From positions 252,406 through 316,405 of the forward strand of contig CAWKGP010000005.1 of assembly GCA_963849205.1 (NCBI GenBank): a stretch of DNA of 64,000 bases, given 5' to 3'. A model generated the notes under the pieces. The model did not search any database. It saw only the letters and a list, made by a program, of their open reading frames with translations, and was not told where the DNA came from. Positions within the stretch are counted from its first letter, which is position 1; every line of letters begins with the position of its first letter. Made by a program: the position numbers and the translations under genes. The stretch comes from an uncultured Acidobacteriota bacterium (GTDB lineage Bacteria; Acidobacteriota; Blastocatellia; Pyrinomonadales; Pyrinomonadaceae). Shown piece by piece: positions 19,967-30,282 of the stretch.

Positions 19967-20844
19967 CACGGTGTTTGGATGAGGTAAAGCTGCAAAGCTA
20001 TTTCGACGGTGAACTTCCCATCGACATGATGGAAAGCGTCACGTCGCATCTGGCTTCATGCGTAACTTGTGCGGCTGCTGCGCGCGAACTGGAAGAGGAA
20101 TCGGCATTCGTAATGTCGGCTTTGGCCGCGGAATTTGAGACGAGTGTACCAACGGAACGTCTGCGCGAGCGCATCGATGCGGCAGTTTTGGGCGATCGGT
20201 TAGCAGTTGCCGAAGCAACACAGAAAACCTCCGGTGTCGCAGCATTCTTCTCCGGTCTACTTAACTTCGGAAAACAGCGAACTCTCGGTTATGCGAGTTT
20301 GGCAGTCGTAATGGCGTTTGCCGCGATTTTTGCAGTGGTGAACCTGAAGAGCACACCTGATACTACCGCTGTTAACAACACGCAACCACAGCAAGCTGTA
20401 GCAGTCGTAAGTCAACCTGCTGAAACAGGTAGCATCGCTCCCAGTACCGTGTCGACTAAGCCGACTGAGCTTCCCGCGCCGCAAAAAGCTACCAGTGGAA
20501 ATGGAACCAAAGGAAAGTATCAGCAGGTTAAATATACGCAGGCCGCAGCACCGACGCCGGCACCGGTGAAATTGCTTCCTGGTGAACGTTCTTACCTGCA
20601 AACCATCGCCAAACTCGATTCCACCATTAAATCAAACCAAAAGGGTATGAGACCTTCTCTCGAGGTTGAATACCAGCGCAATCTCGCAGTAGTCGATCGC
20701 GCCATTGCTGCTACTCGTAGCGCGGCAAAGAGCAATCCAAATGATCCCGACGCGGCCGATTTCATGTTTGCTGCCTACCAAAGCAAAGTTGATCTCCTCA
20801 ATACCATTGCCGACGCACGACTCGGCGGAGGTCGCGGACACTGA
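19963..20844 (+). CDS. Anti-sigma factor (putative zinc-finger, single TM)
   Basis: ATGA overlap with the sigma gene. zf-HC2-like HLASCVTCAAAARE, then the TM segment LGYASLAVVMAFAAIFAVV. Confidence 0.75.
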   Translation: MTRCLDEVKLQSYFDGELPIDMMESVTSHLASCVTCAAAARELEEESAFVMSALAAEFETSVPTERLRERIDAAVLGDRLAVAEATQKTSGVAAFFSGLLNFGKQRTLGYASLAVVMAFAAIFAVVNLKSTPDTTAVNNTQPQQAVAVVSQPAETGSIAPSTVSTKPTELPAPQKATSGNGTKGKYQQVKYTQAAAPTPAPVKLLPGERSYLQTIAKLDSTIKSNQKGMRPSLEVEYQRNLAVVDRAIAATRSAAKSNPNDPDAADFMFAAYQSKVDLLNTIADARLGGGRGH

Positions 20845-20861
20845 AAGGGCCGGGTTCTAAG

Positions 20862-21971
20862 TTGACAAAGAAGTTGTTCGTAGTCTGTGCAGTAGTCGCC
20901 CTCATACTCTCTCTGGCAGGTTCCACCCTAGCTCACGACGAGAAATCAGATACAAAACCGGGCGAAAAGGTGGAGCGCTCGCTCGTTGTAGACGCCGGGG
21001 CTACGGTCACTCTATGTGTTGCCTCCGGAACACTTCAGGTGCGTGGATGGGAAAAGAGTGAGATACGCGTTCGTTCCCTCGACGCCACGCAGATCGACTT
21101 TCGACGCATCGACAAAATCAAAGATAAGCCGCCCAGTCGAATCGACGTTGTGGTGCTCAATAAAAGTACCGGCGTCCGTCCGAAGTTTGATTGCCAGGCC
21201 ATTGCCGACGTAGAGATGGAAGTTCCTGCGGGCGCAACCGTCCAGGTGCAGACTCGTGACGGTGATATCGTCATCGCGGGTGTGGCAGGCGCTTATGCGG
21301 GATCTCAAAACGGCGACATCGCGATCGAGCGTGCGACTAAACTCGTCGAAGCAGGCAGTGTTGGCGGCAGTATTGTATTGAAGGACTCGACTGGTCGAAT
21401 AAATTTGAGCTCGGCGGGTGGGGGCGTTGAGGCCAGTAACATTCGCGCCGCGAGCGAGGATGACACTTTCGACGTGGGCACCGTGAGTGGTGACATTCAA
21501 CTGGATCGCGTCAGTAATCCCAAAGTAACAGCAAAGACTGTTAACGGAACCATGATTATGACCGGGCCTCTGGCTAAATCAGGCTGGTACGGGTTTACCA
21601 ACATGACGGGAAACATCATTTTGGCAATGCCACACGATGCGTCATTCCAGTTGAATGCTAAAGTTTCTGACAGGCACCACATTGTTTCTGAGTTCAATTT
21701 GAAGTATCTGAGTGATGCGACTCCGCCACCGCCACCCACCGTAATCAGGCCGAGGACTCCTGAAGCCAAAGGCAAGACTCCCGAAATCAAGGGAAAGACG
21801 CCCACTCCGCAGCCAATGCCAAAAGGGGGGCCCATAATCGCGCCGATCGTGGTTCAGAAGCCAACGCCGGCGCCTTACGTGCTCCGGCGTGTCAGTGCGG
21901 TCTGTGGATCCGGAGACGCCACGATATCCATCGCCTCTTTCGGCGGCACAGTCCGCCTCAAGAAAATTTAG
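20862..21971 (+). CDS. DUF4097-like beta-strand repeat protein (putative adhesin), secreted, Pro-rich C-terminal region
   Basis: Signal peptide, repeated GDI-x-I/L strand motifs (RDGDIVIAGV, QNGDIAIERA, VSGDIQLDRV, MTGNIILAM), and PPPPPTVIRPRTPEAKGKTPEIKGKTP. Confidence 0.65.
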   Translation: MTKKLFVVCAVVALILSLAGSTLAHDEKSDTKPGEKVERSLVVDAGATVTLCVASGTLQVRGWEKSEIRVRSLDATQIDFRRIDKIKDKPPSRIDVVVLNKSTGVRPKFDCQAIADVEMEVPAGATVQVQTRDGDIVIAGVAGAYAGSQNGDIAIERATKLVEAGSVGGSIVLKDSTGRINLSSAGGGVEASNIRAASEDDTFDVGTVSGDIQLDRVSNPKVTAKTVNGTMIMTGPLAKSGWYGFTNMTGNIILAMPHDASFQLNAKVSDRHHIVSEFNLKYLSDATPPPPPTVIRPRTPEAKGKTPEIKGKTPTPQPMPKGGPIIAPIVVQKPTPAPYVLRRVSAVCGSGDATISIASFGGTVRLKKI

Positions 21972-22042
21972 CCACAAAAAGGCACAAAAACACAAAATCA
22001 GAAATGCCCATTTTTGTGCTTTTTGTGCCTTTTTGTGGCCAA
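21968..22042. repeat. Hairpin repeat, family B
   Basis: ttagccacaaaaaggcacaaaaacacaaaa ... ttttgtgctttttgtgcctttttgtggccaa. Confidence 0.9.
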
Positions 22043-22171
22043 ATTATTTATGTCACAACGTGGCCAGGGTCGGTGTTCTGACTATAGAGCAACGCAGAAG
22101 GGCCGGGGGTGGTTGGAACTAGTAATTCAGAACTGATTGCTCTCGGTCCTAAAAAAAGAGGTCTTAGGGAA

Positions 22172-22759
22172 ATGAACAGTACGGGACGAAATAAAACGGG
22201 ATACCTGGTGGCGCTACTTTTAGTGGTCGGCCTGGCAGCGTTTTCGAACTCAATGAGAGAGCTGGCCGAAATTCAACGGTTTACGCTCGATACCAGCCGG
22301 CTGATTGCTCAGTACGTGGCTCCCGCTGAACTCCCGCAGATCCCACAAGCCCCACAAGTTATCGTCGCGAAGCTCGATAGTTGTGATAGTCGTCAGGCAC
22401 CATCGGTTGAAGTCGAGTGGCTCGAAGATGTGGAAGGAATAACGGAGCCTGGGGTTCAAGCGAGGGTTCCTGCTCCGCCTGTTCGGATTGCCCCGCGTGT
22501 ACGAGTTAAACCTACCGACATTCAATTAGCCAAGGTCGATAAGTTCAGACAGTTAGAGTTCCACGCGCCGCCGTTCGGGTTCAAGATCGATACCGATGGC
22601 GACGACGAAGCAGATGCACCTGTACCGGTGCAATTGCCGTTGACGATGTTCAAGGCGAAGAATCGTAAAAACAACAATGTAATCAGACTCAACACTCGCG
22701 AGCGTGAAATGATTTTGAGGACGTTGAACAGAAGTATTAATCTACGCACAGCCAGTTAA
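22172..22759 (+). CDS. Hypothetical membrane-anchored protein
   Basis: ATG 22172 gives MNSTGRNKTGYLVALLLVVGLAAF (N-terminal TM). I recognise no family. It sits inside the ECF/DUF4097 cluster on the same strand. Confidence 0.45.
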   Translation: MNSTGRNKTGYLVALLLVVGLAAFSNSMRELAEIQRFTLDTSRLIAQYVAPAELPQIPQAPQVIVAKLDSCDSRQAPSVEVEWLEDVEGITEPGVQARVPAPPVRIAPRVRVKPTDIQLAKVDKFRQLEFHAPPFGFKIDTDGDDEADAPVPVQLPLTMFKAKNRKNNNVIRLNTREREMILRTLNRSINLRTAS

Positions 22760-22789
22760 TTATTCTTTAATACGGAAACGAGAGAAAAG

Positions 22790-24670
22790 ATGTTAATGAA
22801 ACCCCTCATCAGCGCAGTATTGTTGAGTGTTGCTTTGACCAGTAATGGTGCTGGTTCACTAGCCGCAAACAGCCCTCAGGATTTGCGGCCGGTTCCGCAA
22901 GTCCCATCAGATTCCACCTCCGCTGTCGGCGAATCCGGTGAGTCCGGTGAAGAGGTCCGCGAGGAGTTTCATCAAACTTATCCACTATCGCCAACGGGTC
23001 GCGTGAGTCTCGAAAACATCAATGGCGACGTTCAGATCAAGGTTTGGGATCGCGCGGCAGTGCAGGTCGACGCAGTTAAGAAAGCTTATCGAAAAGAGCG
23101 TTTAGCAGAAGCTACAATAGAAGTTAACGCGACTGAAGAAAACATCAGAATCAAAACCGAATATCCAGACGGGCCGCAAAACTTCCGCAGCGGCCAGGGC
23201 CGTTGGGACAATCCTGCCACTGTCGAATACACATTAACTGTTCCACGCAAAGCCATGCTCGAATCCATCGAGCTCATAAATGGCGCATGTGATATCGACG
23301 GCGTCGAAGGCAATGTCAAAGCGTCGTCGATCAATGGTCGTCTCAATGCACGTGGTCTTCAGGGTGAAGCGAGACTGTCAACCATCAATGGCCCGCTTAA
23401 TGCGACTTTCAATCATCTCGATGAGTCGAAACCGATCTCGCTGGGGTCAGTCAACGGAAGCGTGACACTCGTGATTCCATCGAATGCAAATGCTTCAGTT
23501 CGCGCCGGCACGGTTCATGGCGGTATCTCGAGCGACTTCACTTTGAAGGTCAAACATGGTGAGTATGTCGGACACAGTATGGACGGTCAGATCGGTACTG
23601 GTGGTCCAAAGGTCAAACTCGGAAATGTCAACGGGAGTATCAGGGTATCACGGGCGCAGGATGGACTTCCGCTGAGCCCCGCAGTATCGCTTCAGGGTGA
23701 TGCCGCACAGGACGCTGACCGAGATGTTGATGTGGATGTAAATGTTTCAGTAGGCGAGAGTGTCCGAGTTAAGGTTGACCATGCACGCATTGCTTTGGAA
23801 GCACAGCGGGACGCGCAACGTAAGGTTGATGCCGCGATGCGCCAGGCACAGCGCGAGATCGAGCGTGCGCAGCGTGAAATGATTCGCGAACAGGCGCGCG
23901 CGCAACGAATTGAGGTCATCAACAAAGCCCGTGGCGCCGTAGATTACAGTCGAAAGTTCACGGCAAAAGAATCGCGTACGTTTGCAGTTAGCGGATCTCC
24001 GCGCATCACGCTCAACACTTTCGACGGTCAGGTAACAGTGCGTGGGTGGGACAAACAAGAAGTCAGTTTCACCGCTACCAAGTTTGCGCACGATGAAGAA
24101 ATTCTAAAAAACATTTCAATCCAGTCCCAACAACAAGGAGAGGCGGTCTCCATCACCGCTACCAACAACGAACACAGCGGCGAAAGCGGCAGCGTAAACT
24201 TCGACGTTTATGTGCCACGACAATCAACTCTTCACGTTTCATCCGGCGATGGTGCTTTGAACCTCGAAGGAGTCAAAGGCCAAATCACGCTTCGTTCGGG
24301 CGATGGTCCAATCGAAGTCGCGAACGGCGGCGGACAGCTTCAGGTCAATACCGGCGACGGTGTTATTCGCGTCATCAAGTTTGATGGTCAAGTCGACGCG
24401 CGCACTGGCGACGGTGAAATAGCTTTGGATGGAACCTTCAACGCAGTTACAGCAAGAACCGGCGACGGTCAGATTTCTTTGAGCGTACCAGCCGGCTCCA
24501 GCTTCACGATTGAAACCAACGCTCCGGATGAAATCAGCAATGAGGGTTTCATTGTTGCAGAGGACATAACTCCTTCTCCACGCGTCAAGCGCTGGAGAAT
24601 CGGCAACGGCGGAAAGGTCTTCATTCTTAAAACCGGCGACGGGAAAATTCTTCTTCGCCCGCGGCAGTAA
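22790..24670 (+). CDS. DUF4097-like beta-strand repeat protein with central coiled-coil, secreted
   Basis: Signal peptide; repeats INGDVQIKVWD, VNGSVTLVIP, FDGQVTVRGWD, SGDGALNLEGV, TGDGVIRVIK and TGDGEIALDG; charged helical segment QRDAQRKVDAAMRQAQREIERAQREMIREQARAQR. Confidence 0.65.
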   Translation: MLMKPLISAVLLSVALTSNGAGSLAANSPQDLRPVPQVPSDSTSAVGESGESGEEVREEFHQTYPLSPTGRVSLENINGDVQIKVWDRAAVQVDAVKKAYRKERLAEATIEVNATEENIRIKTEYPDGPQNFRSGQGRWDNPATVEYTLTVPRKAMLESIELINGACDIDGVEGNVKASSINGRLNARGLQGEARLSTINGPLNATFNHLDESKPISLGSVNGSVTLVIPSNANASVRAGTVHGGISSDFTLKVKHGEYVGHSMDGQIGTGGPKVKLGNVNGSIRVSRAQDGLPLSPAVSLQGDAAQDADRDVDVDVNVSVGESVRVKVDHARIALEAQRDAQRKVDAAMRQAQREIERAQREMIREQARAQRIEVINKARGAVDYSRKFTAKESRTFAVSGSPRITLNTFDGQVTVRGWDKQEVSFTATKFAHDEEILKNISIQSQQQGEAVSITATNNEHSGESGSVNFDVYVPRQSTLHVSSGDGALNLEGVKGQITLRSGDGPIEVANGGGQLQVNTGDGVIRVIKFDGQVDARTGDGEIALDGTFNAVTARTGDGQISLSVPAGSSFTIETNAPDEISNEGFIVAEDITPSPRVKRWRIGNGGKVFILKTGDGKILLRPRQ

Positions 24671-24673
24671 GTA

Positions 24674-24773
24674 TTTCTCTGTGCAACCTCTGTGTTCTCT
24701 GTGTCTCTGTGGTTGATTGTTGTAAGAGGCTTTAACCACAGAGACACAGAGAACACAGAGTTGCACAGAGAAA
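24674..24773. repeat. Hairpin repeat, family D (CTCTGTG / CACAGAG units)
   Basis: tttctctgtgcaacctctgtgttctctgtgtctctgtggtt ... aaccacagagacacagagaacacagagttgcacagagaaa. The pairing is near perfect, with one bulge. Confidence 0.9.
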
Positions 24774-24907
24774 CTAATCATTAATTAGCCTGCGCTCTGG
24801 AAGATTCTTTGGACCGCGTGCGTCCAAATGAGCGGGAACCTTTCGAGCAGCTTTCGGAAACAACAAGACCGTATTAGTTTCTAAACTGCGACTAGGGAAA
24901 CGTCTTC

Positions 24908-27490
24908 ATGAAGGCCGCATTGCTCAGCACTGCTCTGATCTTACTCTGCTGTGCCGTGGTCCATTCACAGACTCCAACCCAAACACCAACTCCACAACCA
25001 TCACCCGTCGCATTTACCAGCGAAAAAGTCACCGAAAAGACAACGCCAACGGAAACTGCACCACTCAAGACCGGCAAAGCTGCGCTTGTCTTGCCGCCTG
25101 AAAAGGCGAATCCCGTAAAAGCTGTTTTGTTTGCAAAGCCACCCGTAATCGACGGAAAGCTTGACGACGAAGTGTGGAAAACGGCGGTGGTGCTGAAAGA
25201 CTTCTATCAGATCCAGCCCGGCGACAATCTGATTCCGGAAAATCGCACCGAAGTCATGCTCGGTTACGATTCGCGGTATCTCTATATCGCTTTCCACTGT
25301 TACGACGATCCCTCGAAGGTTCGCGCCAACATTCCCAAACGCGATCAAATCTGGGACGACGACTACGTCGGTATTCTCTTTGACACCTTCAACGATCAGC
25401 GACGTGCTTACGAGTTTGACTTCAATCCGCTCGGTGTTCAGGCAGATGGGATCTGGACAGAAGGACAAGGCGAAGACTTCAGTCTCGACCTGGTTATGGA
25501 GTCGAAGGGAATGGTCACGAGCGATGGCTACACGATCGAAGTCGCGATCCCGTTCAAGTCGCTGCGTTATGTTGCGGGTAAAGACAAGTTGTGGGGAATC
25601 CATTTCTGGCGCCGCACCAAGCGTCTGAATAATTCGCTCGACATGTGGATTCCGATGGACCGCGACAAAAACAGTTGGCTGGCCCAGGCGGGCCATCTGA
25701 CCGGTCTCGAAGGTATATCGACCGAACGAACTCTCGAACTGATCCCGAGTTTGACTATCTCAGAAACCGGCAAGCGAAAGAGTGCGCTCCCATTCAATGC
25801 GAGAGCCGGCACTCCCGATCTCGGACGCTTTGTGAACGAGCCGATAGATCTCGATCCGGGCTTGACCGGCAAATACACGCTCACGCCGACAGTCACGCTC
25901 GACTTCACTCTGAATCCGGATTTCGCGCAGGTCGAGTCGGACCAGTTAGTAGTCACCGCGAACCAGCGCTTCCCAATCTTCTTTGAAGAGAAGCGACCGT
26001 TCTTCCTTGAAGGCAACGACATCTTTACCACGCAGATCGCCGCGGTTCACACACGCGCGATCGTCGATCCGGACTACGCCGTGAAACTCACTGGCAAACT
26101 GAATCGAAACACGTTTGGAGTGTTGCTGGCGTCCGACAATGCTCCCGGAAATTTCAATGAAGACGATCGAACCAATCCAAATGTGTTTCCCGGGATTCAG
26201 AGACTAGTCGATAAGAACGCCGCGGTTGGTATTCTGCGATTGAAGCGCGACATCGGAAAGTCTGACTCGTTCATTGGATTTCTGGCGACTTACCGTCGGT
26301 TTGTTGATGAGTACAACGAGCTGGGAGGATTTGACGGTCGCTTCCGCATCGACAAGCAAACCACCTTTAGTTGGCAAGTGCTCGGCACTCACAGTCGCCA
26401 TCGATTCTTCTTTCCTGAAGAAGGCCAGGTTCGCGACGCCAAGCAGAACGGTTTTATCTACGCGATCGATTACAACCAAAGCGGCCGCCACTTTGGCCAG
26501 CAGTTTTCAATGGTCGGCCGCACGCGTTACTACACCGCGGATGTCGGTTTCAATCGACGGCCCAATACCAACAATCCCAACTGGTTCATCCGCTACAACT
26601 CGGAGCCCAACGCGAAAGCCAAACTGATCTCGTGGCGCGTTTACACAGACTTCAACGCTAACTTCGATTGGCAGGGCCGTTCCCAAAACTTCAATAACGA
26701 AACACAGCTCCAAATACAACTGCGCCGGCAGACTTATCTGGGCGTCGGCGTTGACAAAGGTTATGACCGCGTTTTCGAAAGCGAGTTTGGACCAAAGCGA
26801 CAACCGGGTTCGAATTGTGTGGTCGAAAATACTTGTACGTTTGCAGGAGACGACAACGAACGATCGGCGCCGACGACGGGTCTCTATTTCTTCGGCGGTT
26901 CGACTCCCAGCAAGAAGTACAACTTCAATTTCTTCTTGAACCACGTTTGGGGCGCGATGGATTTCGATTTCGGCGCCGGACCGAAATTTCCGCGTGTGAG
27001 TCAGCCGGCGCTGGCTGCACGTCAGGCTGCTGATGCCGGACTTTGCAATACGATCCCGGAGCCCGCTGTTTGTCGTTCACCGCAGGATCCTGGACCAGGT
27101 GATTTCTGGCATTTTGATGGTGGCATCACCTATCAACCGACAAGCGCACTCAATGCGCGATTGAGTTATATCAAAGAGCGACTTACACGTTACGACACCG
27201 GCCGGCTCGCATTCGACCAGAACATTGTTTCGCTCCGCACTACGTACCAATTCACACGCTTCATGTTTGCGCGTGGTCGCGTCGATTACGACACGATAGC
27301 GTCGAATGTCAAAGGACAGTTTCTGTTGGGTTGGACTCCCAATCCGGGCACGGCGTTTTACGTTGGCTATAACGATGATCTGAATCGGAATGGATTCAGT
27401 CCATTTACGGGGCAACTTGAACCGGGCTTCCGTCGTAATGGAAGAACGTTCTTCATAAAGATGTCTTATTTATTCCGTCGCAGTTTTTAG
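24908..27490 (+). CDS. Secreted CBM9-like / DUF5916-type large beta-barrel-like protein
   Basis: Signal peptide. N-terminal module PPVIDGKLDDEVWKTAVVLKDFYQIQPGDN...YLYIAFHCYD. The long C-terminal part is rich in aromatic-terminated strands and ends in ...FIKMSYLFRRSF. Confidence 0.75.
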   Translation: MKAALLSTALILLCCAVVHSQTPTQTPTPQPSPVAFTSEKVTEKTTPTETAPLKTGKAALVLPPEKANPVKAVLFAKPPVIDGKLDDEVWKTAVVLKDFYQIQPGDNLIPENRTEVMLGYDSRYLYIAFHCYDDPSKVRANIPKRDQIWDDDYVGILFDTFNDQRRAYEFDFNPLGVQADGIWTEGQGEDFSLDLVMESKGMVTSDGYTIEVAIPFKSLRYVAGKDKLWGIHFWRRTKRLNNSLDMWIPMDRDKNSWLAQAGHLTGLEGISTERTLELIPSLTISETGKRKSALPFNARAGTPDLGRFVNEPIDLDPGLTGKYTLTPTVTLDFTLNPDFAQVESDQLVVTANQRFPIFFEEKRPFFLEGNDIFTTQIAAVHTRAIVDPDYAVKLTGKLNRNTFGVLLASDNAPGNFNEDDRTNPNVFPGIQRLVDKNAAVGILRLKRDIGKSDSFIGFLATYRRFVDEYNELGGFDGRFRIDKQTTFSWQVLGTHSRHRFFFPEEGQVRDAKQNGFIYAIDYNQSGRHFGQQFSMVGRTRYYTADVGFNRRPNTNNPNWFIRYNSEPNAKAKLISWRVYTDFNANFDWQGRSQNFNNETQLQIQLRRQTYLGVGVDKGYDRVFESEFGPKRQPGSNCVVENTCTFAGDDNERSAPTTGLYFFGGSTPSKKYNFNFFLNHVWGAMDFDFGAGPKFPRVSQPALAARQAADAGLCNTIPEPAVCRSPQDPGPGDFWHFDGGITYQPTSALNARLSYIKERLTRYDTGRLAFDQNIVSLRTTYQFTRFMFARGRVDYDTIASNVKGQFLLGWTPNPGTAFYVGYNDDLNRNGFSPFTGQLEPGFRRNGRTFFIKMSYLFRRSF

Positions 27491-27503
27491 TTCGAAGTCA
27501 GTT

Positions 27504-27573
27504 TTAGACAAGATTTACAAGATTAGACAAGATTCACAAGTTCATCCTGAAACATCTTGTAAATCCTGTCTAA
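27504..27573. repeat. Hairpin repeat, family C
   Basis: ttagacaagatttacaagattagacaagattcacaag ... cttgtaaatcctgtctaa. Confidence 0.85.
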
Positions 27574-27598
27574 GTTGACTTCGTGCACAACGCACTCT

Positions 27599-30080
27599 AT
27601 GCGAATTAACAATTTCTCGCTGGTCATAACGCTGATCCTGTGCGCTATGGTGACTGCGACCGCGCAGACAGCATCGACACCCACGGCCGCTATCGTCGTT
27701 CCGGAAGAAAAATCAAAACCCGTCACTATCCCGAAATTCGATAAACCGCCAACGATCGATGGCAAGCTCGATGAAGAAGTCTGGCAGAACGCCGCAGTGC
27801 TGAAAGACTTCTATCAGATTCAACCCGGCGACAACACTCCTCCTTCAAAACCAACGGAAGTTCTCATCGGGTTCGATCCGAAGTTTCTCTACATCGCATT
27901 CAAAGCCACAGACGAACCCGACAAAGTCCGCGCCACAGTCGCGAAGCGCGACAATATTTTTCAGGACGACTACGTCGGCTTCATGCTCGATACCTTCAAC
28001 GACAAACGTAAAGCCTTCGAAGTTTTCTTCAATCCCCTTGGGATTCAGGGCGACGGTATCATCACTGAGGGACGTGGTGAAGACTTCAGCGTCGACTTGT
28101 TGATGGAATCCAAAGGCATCATTCACGAAACCGGCTTCAATGTTGAGATCGCAATTCCGTTCAAGTCACTGCGATTCGAAGCAGGCAAAGGAAAAATGTG
28201 GGGCGCGCATTTCTTTCGACGCATCAAGCGCTTCGAGAACGAGCTCGATTCGTGGATGCCTGTTTCTCGTAGCATCGACAGCAATCTCAGCCAGGCAGGA
28301 CATCTGACTGGACTCGAAGGAATCCCGGTGGAACGGACGATCGAACTGATTCCGAGTGTGACCGTTTCGCAGAACAGTCGCTTCGTTCCGTCTTTCGGTG
28401 GCGTTCCGCGCGTAAATGATCCGGGCCGCATTGTTAATGAGCCCGTCGGTCTTGATCTTGGATTGACTGCCAAATTCATTCCGAGTTCGGCTGTCACAGT
28501 AGATCTCGCAATCAATCCTGATTTTGCTCAGGTTGAAGCGGATCAGCTTGTCGTAACTGCGAACCAGCGTTTCCCGATCTTCTTCCCCGAGAAACGACCG
28601 TTCTTTCTCGAGGGCATCGATATCTTTCAAACACCGATCACCGCCGTTCACACGCGCGCGATCGTCGATCCCGACGTAGCTGTGAAGACGACCGGAAAGA
28701 TAGGTCGCAACACGTTTGGATTAATGGTTGCAAGCGACAATGGACCAGGAAATCTCAACGCCGACGATCGAGGCAATTTGAGTGCGTGTATCGATCGTCG
28801 TGCACTCGATCCACGTGTTACCTGTAACAACGAACGTTTCATCGATAAGAACGCATACATCGGCGTCCTGCGACTCAAACGCGACATCGGTAAGGAAAAC
28901 TCCCTCGGCATGATCGCCACGAGTTACAACTTTATCGACAAACACAATCAGGTTTTGGGAATCGACGGTCGCTTTCGGCTCGACAAACAGACCACGCTGA
29001 GTTTTCAGACTCTGGGAACATCGTCGCGCAACTTCTTCTTTGATCCGAACGACGGAGAAACCCGCTATCGGACAGGAAATGGCTTTGGCTACACCACCAG
29101 TTACAACGTCTCGGGTCGTAACTGGGGTTGGGAACTCTACGGCGAAGGTTTCACGCAGGATTTTCGTGCCGACGTTGGCTTCTTCCAGCGCACCAATTCA
29201 AACTTCAACTACGGCTTTCTTCGTTACAACTCGGATCCTAATCCAAAGAAGAAGATCATTTCCTATCACGTTCATACCCTTACTCATTTGGATTACGACT
29301 GGCAGGGCCGGATGTACACGTGGGAATCGGAGAACCTGGTCGAGTTGCAGTTGCCGCGCAATAGTTGGGTAGGCATGTGGTGGGAACCGGGATATGAGCG
29401 GCTATTTGATCATGAGTTTGGTGCGACGCGTGAAGCCAAGCCGTGCAATCCTTTCTCGGTCACAAACAAATGTACCTTCTACGGCGAGAGTAACGAGCGT
29501 TCTTCAAACAAGCAGCATTTATCGTTTTATGCGGGCTCGAGCTATAGCAAGAAGATTCAGTTCAATGGTCAGGTGACTCAACGTTGGGGGCACTTTGATC
29601 TCGACTTTGGCAACGGCGACAAGTATCCGCGAGTAAGCCCTGCGGCTTTGGCTCTTGGGTCAGTTGGCGCCTTTGGATCCGGGTCGTGGCAGTCTGCTTC
29701 AGTTCAACGGCAGTATCACTTATCAGCCAACGAATGAGCTGCGTACGTCGTTCAGTATCAACTCGCAACGTCTGCGACGTTACGACACCGGCCGCGTCGC
29801 CTATCGGATTAACATCCTGACTCTTCGCGGCACGTATCAGTTCACGAAAGCGACCTTCGCGCGACTGATCCTCGACTACAACACACTCAATTCTAGATTA
29901 CGGTCGCAGGCGTTGTTGGGCTGGACGCCGAGTCCGGGCACCGCGTTCTACGCCGGTTACAACGACGATCTGAACTACGCCAGCCCGCATCCGTTCACAA
30001 CCCAGCTCGTCCCCGGCTTCCGTCGCAACTCGCGCACCTTCTTTATCAAGGCGTCGTACCTGATCCGTAAGGGCTTTTAA
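27599..30080 (+). CDS. Paralogue of the preceding CBM9/DUF5916 protein, interrupted by a 1-nt frameshift (ORFs 27575..29737 and 29655..30080)
   Basis: Collinear similarity to 24908..27490 (PPTIDGKLDEEVWQNAAVLKDFYQIQPGDN, NPDFAQVEADQLVVTANQRFPIFF). The C-terminal strands GSITYQPTNEL...FIKASYLIRKGF continue in the +1 frame. ATG 27599 gives a signal peptide. Confidence 0.8.
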
Positions 30081-30101
30081 CGCTCTCGTAGTTGTAGGCT
30101 T

Positions 30102-30179
30102 GTTTCACGCAAAGACGCAAAGGTAGCAAAGAAGAGCGCCTTTGCGTCTCTTACCCCACTTTGCGCCTTTGCGTGAAAC
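30102..30179. repeat. Hairpin repeat, family A (more degenerate copy)
   Basis: gtttcacgcaaagacgcaaagg ... ctttgcgcctttgcgtgaaac. Confidence 0.8.
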
Positions 30180-30282
30180 GTCTCGTGAAAGCACAAATGC
30201 TTTACGTATCTTTACATAACTTTACACAGATCGTTTGGGTCCTTGGTGTCCTCTATGTGTGGCGCGTGATAAACTGCACAGG

